Of a stretch of 64,000 nt of DNA, positions 53,076 through 64,000 are shown piece after piece. The stretch covers positions 806,001 to 870,000 of the forward strand of contig JAQGDQ010000029.1 in NCBI GenBank assembly GCA_030141605.1. Reading direction: 5' to 3'. The position numbers were made by a program, and so were the translations under genes. This DNA comes from Tubiluchus corallicola (lineage: Eukaryota; Animalia; Priapulida). A model generated the notes under the pieces. The model saw only the letters and a program-made list of their open reading frames with translations, did not search any database and had not been told where the DNA came from. The stretch's first letter is position 1. Each line of letters opens with the position of its first letter.

Positions 53076-53334
53076 ATGTTGGAAATGTTTAAAATGGAGT
53101 TAATTAGATTAGAGTCAGACGAGAAAAGGTTACTTCTTGCTAAAAAATTGGTAGAAAGTTCTATGACTGGCAATATGGACATGGTGAAGCGCTTATTAGA
53201 ACAAGGTGCATCAGTAAATGCAGAAGAGTACAATAAATCATTGTTTTATATGTCCAAAAATTACATGACACCACTACAGTACGCAGCTCGAGACGGCTAT
53301 TCAGATATTGTAAAACTACTTATTGAAAACGAAG
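53076..53334 (+). CDS. ASB gene exon 1
   Basis: MLEMFKMELIRL..GNMDMVKRLLEQGASVN..TPLQYAARDGYSDIVKLLIENE; an in-frame TGA lies upstream of the ATG; donor GAAG|GTAAAT. Confidence 0.9.
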
Positions 53335-56300
53335 GTAAATTTATTATTTTCAAGTCAATTCAATTTATTGCTCAAATACATAATTATAATGTACATTGGC
53401 AAAACACAATACAGCACATGCATGTCAAATAGCGCATATATATATAAAGTTAATTCATAAAAGCTATTATGCATTTTGTTGGGTGCTGTTTTGAAGCTTT
53501 TGTTTGTACTCATGTTTGTGTTAAATTCGTGCATAGTGGATATTTATTGGCAAATTTACCAGCTTGATGTGAATTTGACAGCTCACAGAGTCTTCCATAT
53601 CGATTTATTAAAAAACAATCTAGTAGAAGTGCAGCAAACAGTTAAAACACAGTTCCAATAGGCTATTTCAAGAGTCTGAAACATGGTATTTTCATTATAG
53701 CAGATGTTGCACTGTACTCAAATTCTTATTTAGTTGGGGAACAATTTAGATATTTATCTAATGCAGTATTCTAGTTGAATTGCATCCTATATATATGTTG
53801 ATAATAAAGTAGCTTAATTTAAAGATATATATATAGGGTAATTACAATTTTTAGAAGAGCACAAAATAGAATTTGGGTAGTGATAATAATGATAATATTA
53901 TAATAATTTAAATGCAAACCTAATTATAATACTTAATTAACTTTACCATTGCAGCTTAGTAACATTGGCAATATTTACAGTCTGCTTCACATGATAAATT
54001 ATGATATCTTTCCTGTATTTGCTGTATCGAGCCCAGAGTCTTGCATGCGGGGGTAGAATTGGCCACAAAACTGCCACTCATGCTATTCAAAGTTGTGGTG
54101 CTGAAGTTACAGTTTAACATAGGAATTATATCAGTTAGATTTATTTTCATCACATATTTCAGCACATTGTGGCATCTTAGGGATTTGAAGCTCCAAAAGA
54201 ACTCAAGAACTGTGGCATAACCTAGGAATTATTTTTTTCCGTAATCTGCAATGTAACCTGCAACATTGCAATCAACTTCCAAATCTGAAACAGTGCCCTT
54301 TGATGCACTAGTCCAATGGGGCAAAACTTCATTTTTAATTAACGTCACTTCTTTTCTATGAATTTTTTTATTCAGACTTTCCAAAGATTTATTGAGACTG
54401 GTTAAACTTGGCTGCAAACTGGCCAAAGATTTTTCTAGAGCATAAGTTTGACCAATAATCTTCATTTTGCCAATGGCCTGTTGCATGGCAGGAATAGAGA
54501 ATAATTTTTTCACCTCATGTACATGACTTCATGTACTTTGTACAAAGTACAAAGTAGTGCAGCATCAAAAAGAGACAGGACCAAGAGCTCAGTAATCTAG
54601 TAAAATTATACTGGTTTTAATTTTGTTATTTTGTAGCATGTCTTGATGCCAAGGACAGATTTGATGTCACGGCTGTGCATATGGCAGCTGCCGAAGGCCG
54701 AAGTGAATGCTTGGTACTGCTTTTAGACGCAGGAGCAGGCTGCAATGGAGCAACAAAATACTCAAAGCATGGCTGCTACACTGGTAATGTTTATTATTTT
54801 GCAAAATAAGATAATGCTGCTAAAATTCATTCAAGGTTTTATTAGTTGAGCTGCCAGAGTTCCAAATTTATTTTCAAGCAGTGTACACATCTAGTAATAT
54901 TTAGACCTGCAGAGCTGATTAAACTTAGCAGCTGGCATCATATGTCCATTGATGTTGATGTACTGTATTTAAAACTAAGTACTATGAAAGGTACATGCGT
55001 GCATGAGTATGTGCAATTATTTTGTCCATGATCACTCCACGTAGTCAATTTCAAAACTCTAAATAGAATTATGTTTCAGCCTAATCATGCACTATACAAT
55101 GCATACTGTCTAAGTCTATCTCACTACCTCTGTATCAAAGATGATCTAAGCTCATTTTTTAGTTGAAGTGCATTTTTTCCTTCGTTTATGAAAAATCCTA
55201 AAAATAAAACTTACTCTATTGTCTTTTTTTTAATTTTTGGATCAACAAGTGTATTTGTTTCAAATGACCTACCATTAAAATGGCTGCGCCTAACGGTCAT
55301 CGCGTGAGTTTAAGTTTACACATTTTATATAGCGTTACGGCCGATGCAAGCCATGCATACGAAAAGGTAGCATGTATCTGGTATAAAATTTCAAGACAAA
55401 TTTTTTTAAGCTTTATGCAAGTGGAGGGTTTTCTTGTGCTTTAAACCTCTCACAGAGGAGCATGATATAATGAAAGTGTTAGTTAGTGACTAAATTTGAA
55501 TATTTATCATGCTTTTTTAGATAAATTGAGACCAAATTGTGTGACCAATCTGTAAATATTTAATATTGAAAAACTAATGCAAATTTATAGTATGATTAAT
55601 TGCCAAGAGCAGCTGTGATTTTCGAATTAGATTTTGATTTTAAAATATTTTTCTTACTGGTTAATTATACTGCTTTTTAACAAATTTCTAGTTCTTGTAG
55701 AACTTTTTTTTAGTAGAAAATGCCATTTTACCAATCAGGAATGATGTTTTTTAGCTACACCACACCCAGGAGGCACCACCCCACTTCATTTAGCAGCAAG
55801 ACACAACCACGTCGACTGTGTACGAGAGCTCATACAAAATGGTGCCGATTACAATGCAGTAAACGAGTATGGTCAAACGAGCTTGTACATTGCAGCAAAA
55901 AATGGATTTTCGGAGTGTGTGCTGACACATCTTCATAATGCAATTGGCAGAGATATTCTATCGCTTCCTGTTATTTCAGGTCAGACGAACAATTTCTTGA
56001 TTTCTTCAAAACTAACTTGAAATCAGGAATAACTCTTAGTAAGAACAAGCATGTTGCAACCTTATGTTTTTCCACCAAATAGTCATAGAGTTTGAAGAAG
56101 TAATCAACTACTATCTATTTTAGTAAATTTGATTCAGAAGAGAAAATAAAGCTCGCTCTTGTTCTTCTGAGCAAGATCATTCAACTTGCCATTTTTCACT
56201 TTTTAGTAGTTTTTAATGAGTTTTTGATTACAACTGCGCTTTTGAATTTTCTCTTTCTAAAACTATGAAGTTATTCATAGCTGAAGTCGCTAATTTTTTA

Positions 56301-58479
56301 TGTGGGATCTAGAAACATATACACTCATATCTCGGTTTGCCGGACAAAAGCGGGGAGACGTCGGTCCAACTTTGCCGATTGTCTGTATTTTCCGACACTG
56401 CACTAATATAGTACGCGCCATGTATTAGACTGATGGTAATGTAGAATTAATCGCCTAATTGTCTCAAAAATGTCTAGTACGGGCCGCTCCTATGCAAAAG
56501 TATATAAAAACTATCGGCAATTGACTCAAATAACTCTGCATAATTGATTCTATATTTTTTGACTTGGAGATATACACGTGGTTACTCTGATATACGTGAT
56601 GTAAATAAAGTGACGGCCCGCTATCTAGTGAGCAGCTTGCAAAATAATGGACTGTGTCCGTAGCATGCGGGACTTAATGTCAGAATTTTCCAATATCCGT
56701 AAAGGCGAGGTCCGGTAAACCGAGATAGGAGTGTACGTATTCATTGTGTGAGTGTTTTTTTTCTATTTTTTTGTGGAGATATTTTGGTTTGCAGTTTATT
56801 GCCGTGAAGACGAGATAATTGATGGGGATCTTAATGAGTAAAATGTCATTAAAGGTTAAGTTTGAAAGCCTAAAATTCTGAATGTTTTCACAGTTTCAAA
56901 TTCGGCATACAGGTTTTAGAAAAAGACTAGGTGAACGGATATAGGCCCCAATGTTAGGAATCCAGAACTGACTCCAGCCATGGCCATATTTTTACAACTA
57001 GAACTTGAATTTACAAATTAAAAATTCATAAAATATACTTTCTGTTAATTGTCTACTTGCCTATCATTAATATCATTAATATCAATATTCTTAAAGGTTC
57101 TTTAAGTTATAAGTATGTCTTATTGTTGCCTTAGTTTATTAAGTATATTTGAGTTTGCATCTGATAAAGGTGAAGTAAAAGCATAGTTCTTTTGTTTTAA
57201 ATTAGGTGACACACCTCTTCATGAATGCATCAGTCACGGATTGTTTGACTGTGTGAAACTGCTGCTAAAACATGGCTCTGACGTAAATCATAGGAATTCC
57301 AATGGTTTCTCGCCGCTTCACTACGCGGTCTTTAACAACAAGACTTACTCTTTAGACATTCTTCGAGCACTGTTGATGTATGGTTATAACGTAGATGTCA
57401 ACCTTCGAGACTTGACAGGTATTTAGATTTTTTTTGCATTTCCCAGTTTTTAATTTTAACTTTACCTAGCTTTCATATGAGCAAGCCTTAGGAAGGTGTT
57501 ATTTGATAGAGCCTGATAGTCTGCCTAACTTTTATACCGAGTTTAAACATTATTTGCAACTGTTGTGACTAAGTCGGTGTGGTGCAATAGTTGGGACAAT
57601 GTGGCCTCCCTGTTTGAAAGACATATGTAATTGAAAAGAAAATTCTTAGTAGTTTAAAATGTTCATGCCAGTTAATAAAATGACTCTGACTCACTATCCA
57701 GTGTGTGCTAAAAACATCAATGGCTCAGCAGAAATCATATTATTAATCTTCTTAACTAGACAAAGTAATTTATACTTTTCCTTAGTTAGTGAAGTGTGCA
57801 CTACGCATGCTTTGTTTATTTATTTGACCTTCAATATTCTTAATTCCTAAAGATAACAGTGGTATTAATTTTGCAAAGGTGGAGAATTCATGAAATTTTA
57901 ATTAAAAGCTGTCTTTGTCCTATCTTGCATCTTTCTTTTCCTGTTAAGCATGAATCTGTACTAAATTCTGCAAAATTTTCATGTAATTAATATGATCAGT
58001 GTAATGTCATTCACTAGTAGAATTTATTTCTAGGTTTGACACCATTACATTATGTGTGCTTTAGTGGTAGCTACAATCGTCCTTCTCTACAAGAGAGACG
58101 GCCTGAAGCCGCAGAACTTCTTATCGCGTATGGTGCAGACATCTCCATTAAAAGTGCACGTTGTATAAGCCTACTTCGGCATGAGCTAAGCATTCCAGAA
58201 ACCGACCGCACTATACTTTCAGCTATCATAAAATCTGAGCGTCAAGTTATTCCTATTTCCTTAGACTCATCTTGTATACATACTTTGCCACCACGGGGAA
58301 CTGATAACAAGTTAGAATGGTACAACGAAATAGCCAGAAGCGCACGGTCACTGCAGCATTACTGTCGACACACGATCCGCTCTTGTTTATCGTATCGTCG
58401 ACTAAGAAAAATCCACAGTCTGCCATTGCCGCGGAACTTAATAGACTACTTGTTGCTGCAATTTGACGAGTACAAATGA
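53076..58479 (+). CDS. Ankyrin repeat and SOCS box protein (ASB family), 5 exons, 429 aa
   Basis: Exons 53076-53334, 54637-54783, 55755-55979, 57206-57418, 58034-58479; all GT-AG, phase 1, 1290 nt. About 8 ankyrin repeats (TPLQYAA, TAVHMAA, TPLHLAA, TSLYIAA, TPLHECI, SPLHYAV, TPLHYVC) and a C-terminal SOCS box RSLQHYCRHTIRSCL..IHSLPLPRNLIDYL. The specific ortholog is not recognised. Confidence 0.93.
54637..54783 (+). CDS. ASB gene exon 2
   Basis: CLDAKDRFDVTAVHMAAAEGRSECLVLLLDAGAGCNGATKYSKHGCYT. Confidence 0.92.
55755..55979 (+). CDS. ASB gene exon 3
   Basis: TPHPGGTTPLHLAARHNHVDCVRELIQNGADYNAVNEYGQTSLYIAAKNGFSECVLTHL.. Confidence 0.92.
56322..56733. mobile_element. Tc1/mariner (pogo/Tigger-like) MITE in ASB intron 3
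   Basis: TA TSD (56320-56321, 56734-56735); 24-bp TIRs CACTC(A/C)TATCTCGGTTT(G/A)CCGGAC. Confidence 0.88.
57206..57418 (+). CDS. ASB gene exon 4
   Basis: DTPLHECISHGLFDCVKLLLKHGSDVNHRNSNGFSPLHYAV..VDVNLRDLT. Confidence 0.92.
58034..58479 (+). CDS. ASB gene exon 5 (last ankyrin repeat and SOCS box)
   Basis: LTPLHYVC..SLQHYCRHTIR..LPLPRNLIDYLLLQFDEYK*. Confidence 0.94.
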
Positions 58480-61400
58480 CCATCCCATTATGTTGTCTAT
58501 GCTCTTTTTAAGTGGTACACCAAATGTACAAACTGTTTCGGTGAGTTGCGCGATAAAATGAACCACGTGTTCTATATGTGTGGTTGACTATAAAGCACTG
58601 TGTTAGGCGCCAAAGCAGTTGTAGTGAGATTCTCACTGTTAGCGTGTAATTAAACTACTTTGGCCTATTAGTTATTATATTGATTTACACGTATGCAATA
58701 TGCATTTTTCGTAATTTATTTCAAGAAAGATATTTCTTGTGTTATTTAACATATCCAATATCTCTATTTTTGATAAAATGTTAGTTTTGAAAAAGTCTCC
58801 TGAAAAAAGTGTAGGCATGGTTGCTAGTTCAGTACAGTCTATGGGTACTAAGAGTCCTTGATTCTAGTGTGTTTATAAAATAAGATTGAATTTTTTCTGT
58901 AGGTGCATGGTTAGACAAGGAAAGTAATTATGAAAATTATTAGGATTCATTAAAGATATCTTCATCTATTACCGAGTGCCAAATGTGCTTCGCTCTTATG
59001 GAATGGGCTTAGGATCTAAATGTAGGATACAAAATTCGATAGCTTCATCCCATTTGTAGGTACCACAGTTTTGGTATTTACAAGTATACACTTTCCTTCA
59101 TACAAAGTAAATAACTATGGAAGTTTTTGCTGAATCAATCAAAGTGGTTTATTTATGATATTGCAGCAATGATCAGGCTGAAATAACAACAACAAAATAA
59201 TTACATATAATACTGCCATACCGCATAGAGCGTAAGTACAAATATAAATGTTTCGAATTATACTAATTTAAGAATTGTTCATTTAATCACAAAAGTATAA
59301 CTGCAAATAATATACCGTTCTAAATGTTAAACATCTGCTCGACACTGCATGGAGTTCTTATTGTTAAATATGTTAAGAATTGCCTCCTGGCAAACAGCAA
59401 TACAGGTGCTGTTCATATGCTGAAATCTTTGAGATCCTCTACAAAGTTTGCTCCATGATTTTTTGTGGCAAAGATTTCTGAAATATGGAAGCCTATTCTA
59501 CATTTCCTAGATTTTGTCCTGAAGTTAACTAGGAGCTTTGATGCACGGACTGTCTGCCCATATCGTTTCATTTACAGCATTGTGTTTTCATTTTAGCTAA
59601 GCTGTTTCTCAAAATTGCCTAATATTTTATTATTACTTACGTATGTGCCTGTGATATATTACAAAGCAACATTTTATTATATCATCGTGTATATTCAAAA
59701 AAGTACCTATACATCATGTATTATATGAAACTCTGTCGGATTTGTAGGATTATGAGTATTTTTGATATTGAAAATGATTAAGATTTGTGTCTCCTGTTCA
59801 ACATTTTTAAATTTTTTTTGGCATTTCATTTGTGTTTATTTAAGTTAAAAACGAGTTGAAAAGTTGCAACAGCAAAACGGGTTCACAGTATTCTGTTACG
59901 TGTTTAAGTAAATTATGTAAAGTAAACCATGCACATATGATGAATTATAGGCCTAACTAAGAGTGTTCTGGTATTTATTTTTACAGGTGATTAGAAATTC
60001 AAGAATTTCACTCACTCCTCTCGGGTCTGTTTAGTTTTTGTTTTATCAAAATGTTGAAATGTGTTTAATAATGCATTTATATTTATGTGCAGTTATTAAC
60101 TGTTCAGACTGAGTAGTATTTTACTTGTACAGTTGCTACAATATTATTTGAAAATTGAAATTTAAAATTCGACTAGATTATATTCATAAAATTTAATTGT
60201 TAGCCTGTATTCTATAGTTTATCTTTCTGGTTAATCAATTTGGTGTTATTTTCCACTATCTTACTGTTTGTGTGTAGTATACCGACCTTTAGCTATTATC
60301 CTGTTACACTATTAATTAGTTATTGATACTTAAATAATCTAGAATTAGCCATTTGAATTTGTTAATTCAAGAACCTTTTGGGTCTCTTAATTTGTTTAAT
60401 GTGACAATTTGATATTATATAAATGCCAAAATTTTATTAAATGTTTTTGCTATGCAGATGTGTACTTATAGAGTAATTCTTTGTGCCAGTGGTACTTTCT
60501 AAGTAATTACTGCTATCTGAAGCTAGTTTGAACAGTCATGGAGACCTGACCAGAGTAAACTTCTTCTTTGCTGCTTATATCTTTCTGTATTTGTAAATAC
60601 AGTAGTATCTGCATATGTATTATAATAGTCATAAATTTCAGATGTAAACTGTTTATTCTTCTATGTATTAATCGGGTCCAATAAAATGTTTGGTGTGTTA
60701 ACAAAAAGTCAATAGAATTTTTACTTTTTAAGTTGAACTCCCTGCCTTACCCTTAATAGGAGCATTACATATCTCATACGTAGCAAACTCAGCTGTTGCA
60801 AGTGTCAAACCACTGTTTTAAATTTTGTTAACTACGGATTACTGAGTACTACAGATTTAATCCAATGTCCATATCTTAATCTTTTTTTTCATCTTTTGAA
60901 ATACAATTTAACTATTTGCATTCAATTTTAAATTGGTAGATTGGTGGGTCTTTTGTGAACTTTCGTTTACCTTAGCTTGTATACCAAGTCATCAAAGTGA
61001 TTTCTGTTTACTTAGTTACATTTACAGTTTGTGCTCATGTTTATCAGTTTATCAGATGCATATACTTCCTTTGCCAAGTGGCAGCATGCCACCCATAGTT
61101 AAAGGTATCTTGCTTTTTTGCTTCGTGGTTTTGACGTGAATATTAATATCAAGTGAACTGATATAATTGTGTTCATATTTTTCTAAGTTGTTTCAGATAT
61201 ATTTCGAGGCGTACTTTGTTTTAGCCCAAATTTGGCCTCTGACCTTCAAACAGTCACCCAAGGTCATTCTGTCTATTATTGAACTTGTTTACATTGTGCC
61301 GAACAGCCTGAACTCCAACAGTTTGTAAGTTATAAAGAATTTTTGAATGTTTTTTATTCCTAATCTTAAGACATTAGGCCACAGGTCATCTGCAATTCAA

Positions 61401-62059
61401 AAATCTTCATCGAAAAATCAATCAGAACCCAAAATGGTAGAAATATTGTTGCATTTTGTAAATTTTAGTGCCTCTGCAGGTAATGTGTTGAACTAGGCAT
61501 GTTGCCAAAACAAGTAATTACCTGTTTTACCTGGAATAAACCAGTTGATTTGTAAACTAACCAAGAAGGTCATTTATCAGTATGTACCTCTGTCAAAAAT
61601 ATCTACTCTGTATCATCAGAAAGGGTTGGTATTTTTTTGAAGTTGCATTTGATTCTTTTTTGTAATATGTATCTATTTAAGATTTTTCTGTAGGTTTTTT
61701 ATGTAATGCTTTGGGCATCCAGAAATTTTTGCATGTTCATTATCATTTTTAGTTACAAGTTTTGTGGTACTATTTAGTCTTTATCCAAATTGGCTGTGTT
61801 ACAAGTCACCGATGTGCATTCATATGAAAGGTAAAATTCATATTTGTGTTATTAATAACAATCATTGCTGTATTTAAGTCAAATCACTCTTCGATATATT
61901 AACTTATCTCTGAATAGTTGAATAGCTTGAACTTGTGATAAATTTGGGGAAACGTATTCATGTATTCATGCGCTTGTAGTGGTGGACTCTACTTTGCAAA
62001 GGCTATCTTAAATGAGATTATGCTTAGCTTGTGATAAGTATGTACAAACAAGCAAAGGC

Positions 62060-62140
62060 GAAATTCTACCGGAAACAAATAAACGTTATTCACTCTAGTG
62101 TTGACATGCATGACTTGGGTTTTGGATGCTGTCAGGCTAA
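62060..62140 (+). promoter_or_regulatory. Candidate PYROXD2 promoter and non-coding first exon
   Basis: ETS-like ACCGGAAA at ~62068; donor AAA|GTAAGG at 62141 could splice to acceptor TTTGCAG| at 62305. Confidence 0.4.
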
Positions 62141-62375
62141 AGTAAGGCTGCAGCTATGAATGTGATTGTGCTTTGTTTTTCTCTGAAATTGTAACTAAAT
62201 TTGCATACTTGAGTAGATAGCAGAATGTTGTACTGTTTATAGTTAGTTTGTTAGCCATACAAAATATATAATTACAGTCACTGAATTCCTGTTATGAGTT
62301 TGCAGGCCTTCTGAGTGATTAGGTAACAATATTTTGCGAGTGGTTATGTAGTCTACTGGATCTTCCAAAATTCTC

Positions 62376-63933
62376 ATGAAGCTCAGCAAGTTTAAAGCCT
62401 TACTTCAAACTGAAGTGCCAAAAATCCTGTGTAGAAGAACAAGTACTGGAGTCATCAGCAAAGATGAACAGCTGAAATCTCAATATGACTGTGTTATCAT
62501 TGGCGGAGGTAAGTGAATGTGTAAGGGACAGTAGCATTGAAAAAGGTGATAGTAACATTTATCTGTCACAGTAGGACATAGGTCACAGTGGGAAATTACC
62601 AGCACGCTTTTCACATACCTGCTGAATTTGCTAAATTTGATATGTAATGCATAATGTTGATGAAGTAAGTTATTTAATAAATGCTATTCTATTGTAATAC
62701 CTTTCGTTACCATTTCTGAGTGAGAACAATCACCTATTAATTATTCTGCTGTCGCCAGTTTTTTGCCATTTTATTTATCGATCACTTCTCATTTAACTTT
62801 GATTTTTAACTGAAGTTTTAATATTCTGCAATTATATGGTTTCAGCAATTACACAAAATTTTGGGTGAAACTTGTCACCAGTATAGTATTGTTTTGAATG
62901 GTTGAATGAACTACCTTTTCACCGTGGCGGACTTTGGAGTAATTCCTTGCTGCAGGTTGCCCACATTATTCTAACAAAGAACAAACTATACACTTCTAAA
63001 TGTGTATGTTTTTGCTAAGACATACAGTAATATTCACGTAATTTGTACTGATGATTCTTTTAAGCAAGTAAATACACCAATATTCACTATTAATACGACC
63101 GAATTTTAAAAGTGATTTAACGAAACAAATTCACAGACCATATATATCATTTTCCCACCATTCTGAAAAAGAATTTTGATAAGCAAAGTAAGCCTGTTTC
63201 AATGCTAAATGACAGTGACTTTTAAAAGTGTCTCGTAGGACTTAGGAATTTTAATTGAAACCTCAGTCTCATCACAGGGGTGAATAACTTGTTTAGAAAC
63301 ATGTCTCTCTTAAAGCTGCACCTGATTATCGTTTGTACATCAATAAATCTGATTTAAATGAGAGAAAATGAAACGTATGAAAACAATTTTTTTGAAGTTC
63401 TAATTTTATTTAAAAGTATAACAGACAAGCATTAAAAAATAAATGGTCCTTGCATTGCATGATCTATATTAAAAACATGCCACGAATTTGTATGCTATTT
63501 TTCTTTTCTTCATAAAAGTGTATACATATTTCATTTTCTTTTTTGCTTTTCAGGTCACAATGGTCTCGTAGCAGTAAGTATCAAAACTCTTTGATTTTTT
63601 TTAATAAGTACGAATAGACATATTGATGTTTCATTATTTTTTGTAATCAACCACTGATTATTTAAACCTTTTTATTGGAAATTTTCTTTATTCTATATTA
63701 AGTGTGCAATTAATTGCTAACATTTAAAGGTACAAATATGTTTGGTTTAAAAAACTGCCACTTTCACTGCTAAAACTGGTGATATTATGAAGTTGTATTG
63801 TCTACGTACTTCATAAATCATGCTCTTTCTTGCTTGCAGGCAGCTTATTTAGCAAAAGCAGGGAAACAGGTGGCTGTTCTGGAGAGGAGGCATGTTCTTG
63901 GTGGTGCAGCTGTAACAGAAGAAATAATTCCTG
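62376..63933 (+). CDS. PYROXD2: Pyridine nucleotide-disulfide oxidoreductase domain-containing protein 2, 5' part (exons 62376-62508, 63554-63573, 63840-63933; continues beyond the window)
   Basis: Spliced [22 protein letters not shown]|GHNGLVA|[32 protein letters not shown]; FAD-binding Rossmann motif and sequence typical of PYROXD2; basic leader consistent with mitochondrial import. Confidence 0.93.
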
Positions 63934-64000
63934 GTATGTTAAAAATTGTTATACTATGTATCAGAACTGGATGCCTTTGACCCTTTTACGTGGCGTGTCT

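Overview
AT-rich eukaryotic (invertebrate metazoan-like) genomic DNA with spliced genes and transposon-filled introns. Most short ORFs in the supplied track are spurious. Four genes can be built by hand from splice signals and protein similarity: (1) the 5' end of a carnitine O-acetyltransferase (CRAT-like) gene on the minus strand, running off the left edge; (2) a complete 10-coding-exon WDR31 gene on the plus strand (20140-48419, 359 aa), probably head-to-head with CRAT through a ~16 kb 5' intron; (3) a complete 5-exon ankyrin-repeat/SOCS-box (ASB-family) gene (53076-58479, 429 aa); (4) the 5' end of PYROXD2, running off the right edge. The introns hold degenerate CR1-group, RTE and RTE-X-like LINEs, Mutator/hAT/Harbinger/Tc1-pogo non-autonomous elements, SINEs and microsatellites. 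The most notable non-coding features are an apparently intact Penelope-type minimal hammerhead ribozyme in the sense strand of a WDR31 intron (plus a decayed second one), a TSD-flanked 5S-rRNA-headed SINE with an RTE-like body, and a nested double inverted-repeat element with a telomere-like (TTAGGG) core. No database search or folding was run; family assignments come from motif recognition.
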